From the IMG/VR virus record IMGVR_UViG_3300010429_000981, positions 1 through 64,000 of that record: 64,000 nucleotides of DNA. One strand, given 5' to 3'. The position numbers and the translations under genes were made by a program. The stretch is from a virus (taxonomy: Duplodnaviria; Caudoviricetes). Positions 45,727-54,853 of this stretch are shown here, piece by piece. Position 1 is the first letter of the stretch; every line of letters starts with the position of its first letter. Under the pieces are notes generated by a model that saw nothing but the letters and a program-made list of their open reading frames with translations, ran no database searches and was not told the origin of the DNA.

Positions 45727-46269
45727 ATGAAAAAATTCAAAGAATTCACCAATTTGTTAGAAACTCCTATAATGAATAGTTATTGGACTAAAGATAAAAT
45801 TAGTATATTATCAGATACGGCAAAACAAAATATTAAAGATTCTACATATCCTGAAAATAAAATAGACAATAATTTCTATTATAAAATGGTTAATGGCGAT
45901 CATGCTTATTTTAATAAAAATAATGATAAAGTAAACGCATTCTCAATTGTTACTAAAGACAACATTCATAAATTGACACATAAAGGCACAGATAACGCTC
46001 AACAAATACACAACTTTATGATACACCACGCTGAACAACATGGTTCAATAAAAACAGATACAAATAATACAAAGGGATCAAAACATTTATGGACCTCATT
46101 AATAAAATCAAAACCCATTAATAAAAATTTTCATTATTTGAACTTAAACACACAAGAAAAAGTTTCAGTAGATTCAAACAACATAGACGATGTTTCCGAT
46201 AAAATTTGGGGACGACATTCAAAATTTAATAATATACAATTGGTAATGACACATCATGACCCAGCCTGA
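45727..46269 (+). CDS. His-rich protein with an IPI-like capsid-targeting N-terminus, possible GNAT-like fold
   Basis: MKKFKEFTNLLE (T4 IPI starts MKTFKEFT); IKTDTNNTKGSKHLWTSL segment. Confidence 0.5.
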   Translation: MKKFKEFTNLLETPIMNSYWTKDKISILSDTAKQNIKDSTYPENKIDNNFYYKMVNGDHAYFNKNNDKVNAFSIVTKDNIHKLTHKGTDNAQQIHNFMIHHAEQHGSIKTDTNNTKGSKHLWTSLIKSKPINKNFHYLNLNTQEKVSVDSNNIDDVSDKIWGRHSKFNNIQLVMTHHDPA

Positions 46270-46528
46270 ATTTGAACATATAATACTGCCTTTTATTGAT
46301 TTCTACTGGAAACGCACTTTTTATCACACATGGCCTAAAGATGAAGAATTTCGTTTAGGGCAAATGGTATTTTTTTGCAGCCAACACTATATTCCAGATG
46401 CAGTAATTTTCTTAAACGATCAGGATGAAATTGTTGATGGTTTTTATGTTTCTAATCATAATAAATGGAAAGGAGAAGACATTAAAGCCAAACTTGAAGA
46501 ATTGGGTGTTTGGGAAGAAGAAGATTAA
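46256..46528 (+). CDS. Hypothetical protein
   Basis: 90 aa overlapping the previous stop. Confidence 0.4.
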   Translation: MTQPEFEHIILPFIDFYWKRTFYHTWPKDEEFRLGQMVFFCSQHYIPDAVIFLNDQDEIVDGFYVSNHNKWKGEDIKAKLEELGVWEEED

Positions 46529-46570
46529 ATACTATCACTTATCCCCTTATCCAATCAAATAATATCTTTT

Positions 46571-46586
46571 TATTTATATATAAATA
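46571..46586. promoter_or_regulatory. Back-to-back late promoters forming the palindrome TATTTATATATAAATA
   Basis: TATAAATA on the + strand (46579-46586) and on the - strand (46571-46578). Confidence 0.75.
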
Positions 46587-46618
46587 GTAATATGATTATA
46601 TATAGATAGAGAGTTAAT

Positions 46619-47560
46619 ATGTCCTCATTTCAAGAAAACATTAATAGAAATATTTCAGATGTAGTAAATCCAATAGTAGATGCCATTGATGATATTACTG
46701 ATTTTAATAATTTTGTTAATGATCTCACCAGTAATCCTCTTGATTTTCTAGGTATTGATGATGCCCTGAATAGTATTAATGATGCTCTTAATAGATTAAA
46801 CGGATCATTATTTGGAGCAACAGGATTAAGATTTCCTGATAATTTAATGCAAGAATCTGGTGGAAATTATATGATATATGAATCAGAAGGTTCTAATATC
46901 GCTTTATTTTTACCCAGAAATGTTTCTTTTCAATATGGAATGAATTGGCAAGAATTAGATACATTCTCAGCATTAAGAATATTAATTGATGAAGGTCCAA
47001 GAGTAGCAGAAATTTTCAAACGATCTTCTGATGGTAAAAGTTTTCTATCTGCTGTTAAAGATACCGGAGCAACGGATGCAGCAATGGGTATCGGTGGTAA
47101 TATTGGCCTGAATGCATTACATAGACTAGATCCTAATAGTGGTAATTATGCCGGAAAAGTAATGGGAATTGCTCCTAATCCATTAAGAGAACAAATATTT
47201 CGTGGTGTAAATTTTAGACAATTTAGTTTTACCTATGATTTTTTTCCTAAAAGTCCCTCAGAATCAAAAGCAATAAAAGAAATTGTCAAGACGTTTAAGA
47301 AAAAAATGCATCCTGAATACAAATTTGATAAGTATCTTTATAAGTATCCTGATGAATTTTGTATTACTCTTTATTCAGGAGGTAATACAAACTTTATGCC
47401 GAAAATTAAACCCTGTGTACTTACTGATTTAGTAGTTGATTATGCACCTCTAGGAGCATTTGTTTCAACACGCGACGGTAGTCCCGTTAAAACTTCCCTA
47501 AGATTAATGTTTAAGGAAATAGGATTACTAACTAAGAAAGAAATTGATGAGGGATATTAA
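46619..47560 (+). CDS. gp48: Baseplate tail tube cap gp48
   Basis: NP..EQIFRGV.FRQFSF.YDF.PKS..E...I..IV..FK..MHP...YPDEF.I...CVLT...VDY.P. Confidence 0.85.
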   Translation: MSSFQENINRNISDVVNPIVDAIDDITDFNNFVNDLTSNPLDFLGIDDALNSINDALNRLNGSLFGATGLRFPDNLMQESGGNYMIYESEGSNIALFLPRNVSFQYGMNWQELDTFSALRILIDEGPRVAEIFKRSSDGKSFLSAVKDTGATDAAMGIGGNIGLNALHRLDPNSGNYAGKVMGIAPNPLREQIFRGVNFRQFSFTYDFFPKSPSESKAIKEIVKTFKKKMHPEYKFDKYLYKYPDEFCITLYSGGNTNFMPKIKPCVLTDLVVDYAPLGAFVSTRDGSPVKTSLRLMFKEIGLLTKKEIDEGY

Positions 47561-47562
47561 TT

Positions 47563-48099
47563 ATGTATTTTGCTAAATTCCCTAAAATTAAATATGAATT
47601 TCTTATTAATGGTAAAAAAGTAATTAAAACTGTAAAAGATATTACTATTAATGTAAGAATTCAAAAAGAGATATTAGCCAATTATACTATTTATGATGAA
47701 TATGATCTAAAGGATGGTGATACTCCTGAAATTATTTCTTATAAACTTTATGATACTACTCTTTATCATTGGGTAGTGATGTTATGTAATCTAAAATTTG
47801 ATTGGAGAAGTGATTTTCCATTACCTGTTTATGAATTTGAGGAATATCTTAAAGATAAATATCAAACAGATGTTAGTAATCTTTATAATCAAATACATCA
47901 TTATGAAGATTTAAGAGGTTATGTAGTAAATAGTGATTATGTTATTCCTGCTGGATTTGATGAATCTGGATATACTGCAATACCTATCACTGTCTATAAT
48001 TATGAATCTCAATTAAATGATAACAAAAGAAGAATAAAAGTAATTTCTAAAAATAATTTAACGGTTATATTAAACAATTTTAGAGATTTAATTAAATGA
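47563..48099 (+). CDS. gp53: Baseplate wedge subunit gp53
   Basis: MYFAKFPKI.Y...DGDTPEIISYKLY....YHWVVML.N...D.P. Confidence 0.9.
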   Translation: MYFAKFPKIKYEFLINGKKVIKTVKDITINVRIQKEILANYTIYDEYDLKDGDTPEIISYKLYDTTLYHWVVMLCNLKFDWRSDFPLPVYEFEEYLKDKYQTDVSNLYNQIHHYEDLRGYVVNSDYVIPAGFDESGYTAIPITVYNYESQLNDNKRRIKVISKNNLTVILNNFRDLIK

Positions 48100-49475
48100 G
48101 TGCTCCTAGATTTGCGGGTGATGTTGATGTCAATAAAGTAGCCATAGTAGGAGCATCTGGTTATTTTGATATTACTAAAATTACTATTGGTATTGATGTC
48201 TATGAGAATATCTTCTTTCCATTTGTTCGTGGAATAATTACTATTAATGATGCACAAGATACCCTGAATCTTATTAATTTTAAGGAAAGAGAATATCTGG
48301 AATTAGATTTTAATACACCGGATAAAAAAGGATATAAATCAACTTATTACATTTATAAAGTATCTGATAGAGTTAAGAGTACTGATAAGAGTGTCATTTA
48401 CAGAATATATTTCACTCATATTAGTGCCATTAGTGAATTAGTTAGTAAAATATCACAAAATTTCAATGATAAACATCATATCATTGCCGAAAAAATTATA
48501 AAAGCTGCTGCTCCTAGAGGATTAGAATATTCTGATAAAATAGAAGTAGAAGAATCAGTAAAAAATATTCAATTTGTGGCGGGTAATTGGACACCTACTC
48601 AAACCATTTATTATCTAACTAAATATGCAGTTAATGCAAAAAATAATCCTGCTTATTTATTTTATCAGAATAATGAGGGTTATCACTTTAAGTCATTTGA
48701 TAAGTTAATAGAACAAGAACCTAAAGAAAAATATAAGTATGATAATTACGATCATGCTCCTGAAAATAGTTGTGCATTAAAGAATTTTGATGAACATTAT
48801 AAAAGAATATTGACTATTAATTTTCCGCAATTATTTAATTTTAGTTATGAATCAATGATGGGTGTTTTTTCAGCATTATCTATGCATTATGATAATGTAA
48901 AGAAACAATACGTTGCTACTAAAATTGATGATAATTGGAATAAAGTAGATCATTTGAATCCTGAGCAAAAGATAGTAGAAGTTCCTAAGAAAAATGAACA
49001 TGCTAGTCATCAAACTCATGGTCAAATTGAATATGGTTTTAATGATCAAGAAGATAATACTAATATACCTACTAAACAAGAAAGAGAAGCCATATTTGCT
49101 AGATACGCAAGATCAAAAATTTCTATGTCAGTATTTGGTAATAGTGAATTATATGCAGGTAATGTAGTAGAATTAGAAGTAATTAAACATAAACCTTTAG
49201 ATGAAAGTACCGGAACTAGCGAGGGAATGATTGATAAAACTTATTCTGGTAAATATATCATTAGTTCTATAGGTCATCATATAGATAAAGAAAATTATGA
49301 AACACACCTAGAATTAATAAGAGATTCTTTTCTGGACAATGAAGAAGAGAAAAAAGAAGAAAAGAAAGACGATACTAAAAAAGAAAAACCGACTGATGAT
49401 AGAAATTTTAGCGATAGATTAGACGAAAACGAAAGAAAAGCACGCGATGATGCTATTAACAGAGCATTATCTTAA
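48096..49475 (+). CDS. Baseplate hub protein (gp27-like)
   Basis: IDVYENIF.PF..G...I.D..., YLFY....GYHFKS...L, YSGKYII..I.H; sits between gp53 and gp5. Confidence 0.65.
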   Translation: MSAPRFAGDVDVNKVAIVGASGYFDITKITIGIDVYENIFFPFVRGIITINDAQDTLNLINFKEREYLELDFNTPDKKGYKSTYYIYKVSDRVKSTDKSVIYRIYFTHISAISELVSKISQNFNDKHHIIAEKIIKAAAPRGLEYSDKIEVEESVKNIQFVAGNWTPTQTIYYLTKYAVNAKNNPAYLFYQNNEGYHFKSFDKLIEQEPKEKYKYDNYDHAPENSCALKNFDEHYKRILTINFPQLFNFSYESMMGVFSALSMHYDNVKKQYVATKIDDNWNKVDHLNPEQKIVEVPKKNEHASHQTHGQIEYGFNDQEDNTNIPTKQEREAIFARYARSKISMSVFGNSELYAGNVVELEVIKHKPLDESTGTSEGMIDKTYSGKYIISSIGHHIDKENYETHLELIRDSFLDNEEEKKEEKKDDTKKEKPTDDRNFSDRLDENERKARDDAINRALS

Positions 49476-49497
49476 TGATTTTAATAGGTAAATAATA

Positions 49498-50598
49498 ATG
49501 AAAAGAATAAAAGTGGCTGTTGTAGAAGATAGAAATGATCCGTTAGAATTAGGGCGGGTTAGGGTTCGTGTTGTTGGTATTCATGATTCTGATACAAATT
49601 ATTTACCAACGGAAGATTTACCCTGGGCATGTCCTGTTGGGGGGTGTACTTCTGCCGGTATATCGGGTGTCGGCGCTACTCAAACTGGATTGGTAGAAGG
49701 ATCATCAGTATTAGTAACAGATAATGATTTAGACGAACAACAATATTTTATTTTAGGAAGTATTGCGGGAAGACCTGTTAAAGAAGCCGAAAAAGATTCC
49801 GCTGTTGGATTTCAAGACATTAAAACAGGAACTTTTCCGTATAAACCATACCTTGAAGAATCAGATTTAGATAGAAATTTAACTGGTATTAAAATTGAAG
49901 AAACCAGTGTAATAGATAAAAGGGTGTCTACTGCACTAGATATAGAAATGCCAAATTTCCAAAAATGGTCCCAGCCAGAAAATGCCTATAATACCAAATA
50001 CCCCTATAGTCTAGCATTTAAGTCAGAAAGTGGCCACTTATTAGAATTAGATGATACCTATGAATCTGAACGATTAAATATTCTACATAAAACAGGAACT
50101 TATTCGGAAGTAAATCCTGATGGTTCACAAACTAATAGAATTCGTGGTGATAAAGTAGAAATTATTGAAAAAAGCGGTATGGTTTATATTAAAGGTGCTG
50201 GTTCTATTACTATTGATGGCAACGCTTATGTTAAAGTGAATAATGCTTTTACAGTAGAGGTAAGTGGTCCTACAATAGTAAATATCATGAATGATGCTAC
50301 TCTAAATGTCTCTGGATCATTAAATTTATCAGTAGTAGATTCATTAAACATTCAAGCATCGGCTATAAATATGGAATCTTATTTTGGTGATATTTCTATT
50401 AAATCTGCTGGTGATATATATAATAAATCAGGTAAAAATATTCATGTTACAACGGCTAATCATATGAATATTGATACCGGAAATCTATTAAATCTTAATT
50501 GTGGATTAGCAATGGAACCAAAAATGAATGCATTACAAGTTCCTCCATCCAGAAGATACCCAAATTCCCCTGAAGTTGGTGCTAGTGGAATTGTTTAA
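49498..50598 (+). CDS. gp5: Baseplate hub spike gp5 (OB fold and beta-helix, no lysozyme domain)
   Basis: VEDRNDPLELGRVRVRVVGIH, LPWA, YPY...SESGHL.ELDDT...ER...HKTGTY.E. Confidence 0.9.
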   Translation: MKRIKVAVVEDRNDPLELGRVRVRVVGIHDSDTNYLPTEDLPWACPVGGCTSAGISGVGATQTGLVEGSSVLVTDNDLDEQQYFILGSIAGRPVKEAEKDSAVGFQDIKTGTFPYKPYLEESDLDRNLTGIKIEETSVIDKRVSTALDIEMPNFQKWSQPENAYNTKYPYSLAFKSESGHLLELDDTYESERLNILHKTGTYSEVNPDGSQTNRIRGDKVEIIEKSGMVYIKGAGSITIDGNAYVKVNNAFTVEVSGPTIVNIMNDATLNVSGSLNLSVVDSLNIQASAINMESYFGDISIKSAGDIYNKSGKNIHVTTANHMNIDTGNLLNLNCGLAMEPKMNALQVPPSRRYPNSPEVGASGIV

Positions 50599-50615
50599 TA
50601 AAGGAAAATTATAAT

Positions 50616-51551
50616 ATGCTAATACCCAGAAGAATAGTTGCTAAATTATGTCCAGAAGAATTAGAATTTTTTGAGGGAGATATTGGTTCTACTCAAAAAA
50701 TATGTGCTTGTGCTTCTGAATTAGATTATGTAGCAGAAATTACCGATATTAGATTTATTGCGAATGACGATGGTCCTGTTCCTGATTATATTAAAGATAA
50801 TATTACTGTAGAATATCTGGGTAGAATCGCATTAATCACCAGTAATGTGGCTAATACCGTAGAAAACCCTATCTATAATTATGAAGTGGAAATATTTTAT
50901 GAAACTCCCCTGATACAAACTCAAGAAGCCGTTAATAAAGTAATGGCCGAACATCAAGAAAAACTTAAAAATGATGAGGGAATTAAAAAGATTGAGGAAG
51001 TATTAGCAAAATTAGAGAAACAATTTCCAAGTGCTGCTAATAGACCTACTCCTGCCCCTACTGTAATAAAAAATATTAATAATCCATTAGTAGTAGGAGA
51101 AGAAATTTCTAGTATAAGAATACAAAAAATTAAACTTGATTTTACTAAGGCTCTTTCTATTATTAAAGATACAGTGCATAATTACTTTAGACCAGATTTT
51201 ACTAATGCTAATAATAGTCAAGTAAAGGTATATGTTAATAGAGAATTTAATAAAATTAAGACGTTATATAATAATGATATTAAAGTAGAATTAGTAGATA
51301 GTGTTTTAGTAGATACCACAAGAATAATTGATGTAATTGATACTAATATAAATAATAGTATAAAAGATACTTCTAGTAATAATTTTAGCGAAGGAGAAAA
51401 ATATATCATTAAAACTAATTTAATTGAATTAAATAATGTATTAACTAATGTTTACAGTGCCTATATTAAAGAATATGATAATGGTATATTAGAGAAAACT
51501 ATGAATGATATTGATGCAATTAACAATAGTATAGTAGATAGGTGTAATTAA
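50616..51551 (+). CDS. Hypothetical protein in the spike module
   Basis: 311 aa between gp5 and PAAR. Confidence 0.4.
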   Translation: MLIPRRIVAKLCPEELEFFEGDIGSTQKICACASELDYVAEITDIRFIANDDGPVPDYIKDNITVEYLGRIALITSNVANTVENPIYNYEVEIFYETPLIQTQEAVNKVMAEHQEKLKNDEGIKKIEEVLAKLEKQFPSAANRPTPAPTVIKNINNPLVVGEEISSIRIQKIKLDFTKALSIIKDTVHNYFRPDFTNANNSQVKVYVNREFNKIKTLYNNDIKVELVDSVLVDTTRIIDVIDTNINNSIKDTSSNNFSEGEKYIIKTNLIELNNVLTNVYSAYIKEYDNGILEKTMNDIDAINNSIVDRCN

Positions 51552-51552
51552 T

Positions 51553-52149
51553 ATGGAAATGTTACCGTTACCATGTAGTATTAGTGATATTCTAGGTGGA
51601 TTATTAGGTGATATTCAGGGTATTATTGATGGTGTATTGGGGACTATTAATAATATGATTAACACTGTTTCTAATTTCATTGGTAATATTGGTAATATGA
51701 TTAATAACATTTTATCAATGCCCTCAAGATTATTAGCAGGTATTCAGGCAGGATTAGATAATTTATTTAAGAAAGCCAAGGATATTATTATTCAGCAAAT
51801 TAATTGTGTTAGTAATTTAGTATCCAGTTTTATTGGTGCTCCTGCTGCATTGGCTCAGGGTATTGAAATGAATGTAGACAGTTTATGGAGTTCTGTTACG
51901 GGTATTGGTGATAAAGTAGCAGATTTGGCCTATGGTGCTAATGCTATTGGTAAAACATTATTAGAACAAGCAGATAATATGCAAGTAGCCTTAAATAAAG
52001 TATTTGAGGGAACTATTGTTTCAGTAGCCTCAGCATTTGATAGTACAATTGGCGCTAATGTTAAATCTATCACTGGAATAGTTAATTCTGGTATTGGAAC
52101 TATTGCTAAGATAGGAATTGCTAAAGCAGTAATAGGTGCTATTGTATAA
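51553..52149 (+). CDS. Amphipathic helical hypothetical protein in the spike module
   Basis: 198 aa rich in I, G, A and N, with apolipoprotein-like periodicity. Confidence 0.4.
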   Translation: MEMLPLPCSISDILGGLLGDIQGIIDGVLGTINNMINTVSNFIGNIGNMINNILSMPSRLLAGIQAGLDNLFKKAKDIIIQQINCVSNLVSSFIGAPAALAQGIEMNVDSLWSSVTGIGDKVADLAYGANAIGKTLLEQADNMQVALNKVFEGTIVSVASAFDSTIGANVKSITGIVNSGIGTIAKIGIAKAVIGAIV

Positions 52150-52396
52150 AATGGATAAACCTCACGCATTAGTTCAGAAAATTATTTACGAAGAAGATAA
52201 AGTTTATACTATCATGGTAAAAATAGAATTAAAAAAGATGGTAGTTACTTATGATACCGGTATTACCTTTACTACCGAAGATACTGTAGAAGTTCCATTA
52301 CGAATAAAAATTAAAAAGAATGATACTACAATGGATGCTTTAATAGAAGAATCAATTGCTTTTAATGAGGATAGAACATGGCAGCACGAATCTTAA
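52136..52396 (+). CDS. Hypothetical protein
   Basis: 86 aa; start possibly ATG 52151. Confidence 0.35.
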   Translation: MLLYKMDKPHALVQKIIYEEDKVYTIMVKIELKKMVVTYDTGITFTTEDTVEVPLRIKIKKNDTTMDALIEESIAFNEDRTWQHES

Positions 52397-52623
52397 ATGA
52401 TACACCACATACAAAAACAAACAATCGTTCCTCTGCTAAATTATTTGATTATGTTACATGTGGTGGTGTAATTATAGAAGGATCTGAGAATGTTATTATA
52501 GAAACTTTACCTGCTGCTCGTTTTGGTCATAGAGTATCTTGTAAAAGCAGAATTATAGAGGGGTCTAATAATACCTTTATAAATAATAAAGCAGCAGCAA
52601 GATATGGAGATAAAGTAGGATAG
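52378..52623 (+). CDS. gp5.4: PAAR spike-tip protein (gp5.4)
   Basis: MAAR, CGGVIIEGS..V.I..LPAARFG, IIEGS...FIN.K.AARYGD. Confidence 0.9.
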   Translation: MAARILNDTPHTKTNNRSSAKLFDYVTCGGVIIEGSENVIIETLPAARFGHRVSCKSRIIEGSNNTFINNKAAARYGDKVG

Positions 52624-52626
52624 CAT

Positions 52627-53028
52627 ATGTCATTAATTACCGGTACTACCAGAACATTTTCTGATTTAGATTTAAGTTTTACTCCTAATCCAGTAACCGG
52701 TGATATATTCAAAAAATATAATGAAAATGCGATTAAGTCATCTATTAAAAATTTAGTAATGATTAATCACTATGAAAAACATTTTCATCCAGAAATAGGT
52801 TCAGAAGCAAGAAGTTTACTATTTGAACTTCCTGATCCTCAAGTAGATATTATGCTAAGTAGAACAATTAGTATGGTCATTACTACTCATGAACCCAGAG
52901 TAGATTTAGTGAAAGTAATTGTTAAAAACATTCCTAATGATAATGCTATGGGTGTGGTAATCATATTCAAAGTAAAAAACACTTCTATTCCGATTGTATT
53001 GGATTTCATTTTAGCAAGAGAACGATAA
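52627..53028 (+). CDS. gp25: Baseplate wedge subunit gp25
   Basis: FSDLDLSF..NPVTGDI......AIKSSIKNLV.....EK.F.P.IG...HEPRV. Confidence 0.92.
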   Translation: MSLITGTTRTFSDLDLSFTPNPVTGDIFKKYNENAIKSSIKNLVMINHYEKHFHPEIGSEARSLLFELPDPQVDIMLSRTISMVITTHEPRVDLVKVIVKNIPNDNAMGVVIIFKVKNTSIPIVLDFILARER

Positions 53029-53032
53029 GTCT

Positions 53033-54853
53033 ATGAATAATAAAAACATAATTACTTCAGAACTTGATTTTGATTTAATTAAAGAAAATCTTAAAACTTA
53101 TCTAAAAGGTCAGAGTGAATTTTCTGATTACAATTTTGAGGGATCAGGATTATCTATTTTATTAGATATTTTATCCTATAACACTCATTATAATGCTCTC
53201 TATACCAATTTAGCCATTAATGAATCGTTTTTAGATTCTGCCTCGAAAAGAACCAGTGTAGTATCATTAGCAAAATTATTAGGCTATACACCTAATTCTG
53301 CTACTTGCGCTACTGCTAAAATTGCTTTATCAGTTAATGCCAATAATGTTGTTAATCCTCCTAGTATTTTAGCATTACCAAAATATTCTACTTTTACTAC
53401 TAGCATTGATAATACCACGTATACATTTTATACCACTGAAGAACATAATAGTTACTTATCTAATACTAATCTCTATACATTTACTGATGTAACTCTTAAA
53501 GAAGGTGTATTATTACCTTATCGTTATGTTTATCAAGAAGGTGTTAAATACATTATTCCTAATCCTAATGTAGATTTATCAACATTATCGGTAAGAGTAA
53601 GAGAAAGTGAGGAAACAGAAGTTTATACTGAATATAGTTTAGTAGATAATATCATATACCTTAATAGTAATAGTAAAGTTTATTTTATTAAAGAAATTGA
53701 TAATAATCTTTATGAAATTCAATTTGGTAATGGTGTAATAGGTTCTGAATTATCTACTGGTAACATTATTGAATTAGAATATATTGCTACTCATAAAACA
53801 GTTCCTAACGGTGCCAAAAGTTTTAGTTATAATGGTTCTAGTTTATTAGGTGTTACCCCGATAATTTACACCCAAGTTACTGCCTCTGGTGGTAATGAAC
53901 CCGAAGATATTGATAAAATTCGTTTTAATGCTCCTAGACTTTATAGTGCTCAAAATAGATGTGTTACTAAACATGATTATGAATCTGTCATTTTAACACA
54001 TTTTCCTCAGGCAAAATCTATTAATGTTTGGGGAGGAGAAGAACATTTTCCCCCGTCCTATGGTGATGTTTTTATTAGCATTTTACCTACTACAGGAAGT
54101 TATTTATCAGAGGAACAAAAAGATTATTTATTAGGTGAGATATTAGCACCCAGAAAATCATTAACGGTTCATAATAAATTAGTAGAGCCTAATTTCATAG
54201 ATGTAAAAATTAATACTTCTTATTATTATGATTCAGAATTAACTAATCTTACACAAAAAGATATTACAGGATTAGTAAGAGATAGTATTAGAAATTATTC
54301 TTATAATGAATTAGAATACTTTGGTAGAAGATTAAAATATTCTAAATTATCTAATACTATTGATAATACTGATGCATCCATTACTAATAATATTACCACA
54401 TTACAATTATACATTTATTTAACACCGATTTATAATGTTGAATATGATTATATTGTTGATATTGGTAATCCTGTTTATAAAAATTTAGTAGATGCAGAAT
54501 CGGTATTAAGTTCTGGATTTTATATTCCTAATTTATCTAATGTAGTATATATTGATGACGTTCCTAATGCTACTGGTATTGGAACATTAAGATTATTCTA
54601 TTATAAAGAAACAACCAAAGTAATTATCAAAAATATTGGTACTATTGATTATAATAATGGAGTTATATATTTAACCAATTTAGTCATTAGTAAATTATAT
54701 TGTGATAATCTAAAATTTAGAATTATTCCCAGTTCAAATGATGTAGTTTCATTAAGAAATCAAATAATTAGAATTCCTGATAGTTTAATATCTATTGAGG
54801 CGATTAAATTATCTAATTTCAACAAATATAAATTCACTAATAGTAGAATCTAA
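53033..54853 (+). CDS. gp6: Baseplate wedge subunit gp6
   Basis: ELDFD.IK.NLK.YL..Q.EF.DY.FEGSGL..LLD.L.YNTHYNA...FLDSA..R.SVVS.AK.LGYTP. Confidence 0.95.
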   Translation: MNNKNIITSELDFDLIKENLKTYLKGQSEFSDYNFEGSGLSILLDILSYNTHYNALYTNLAINESFLDSASKRTSVVSLAKLLGYTPNSATCATAKIALSVNANNVVNPPSILALPKYSTFTTSIDNTTYTFYTTEEHNSYLSNTNLYTFTDVTLKEGVLLPYRYVYQEGVKYIIPNPNVDLSTLSVRVRESEETEVYTEYSLVDNIIYLNSNSKVYFIKEIDNNLYEIQFGNGVIGSELSTGNIIELEYIATHKTVPNGAKSFSYNGSSLLGVTPIIYTQVTASGGNEPEDIDKIRFNAPRLYSAQNRCVTKHDYESVILTHFPQAKSINVWGGEEHFPPSYGDVFISILPTTGSYLSEEQKDYLLGEILAPRKSLTVHNKLVEPNFIDVKINTSYYYDSELTNLTQKDITGLVRDSIRNYSYNELEYFGRRLKYSKLSNTIDNTDASITNNITTLQLYIYLTPIYNVEYDYIVDIGNPVYKNLVDAESVLSSGFYIPNLSNVVYIDDVPNATGIGTLRLFYYKETTKVIIKNIGTIDYNNGVIYLTNLVISKLYCDNLKFRIIPSSNDVVSLRNQIIRIPDSLISIEAIKLSNFNKYKFTNSRI

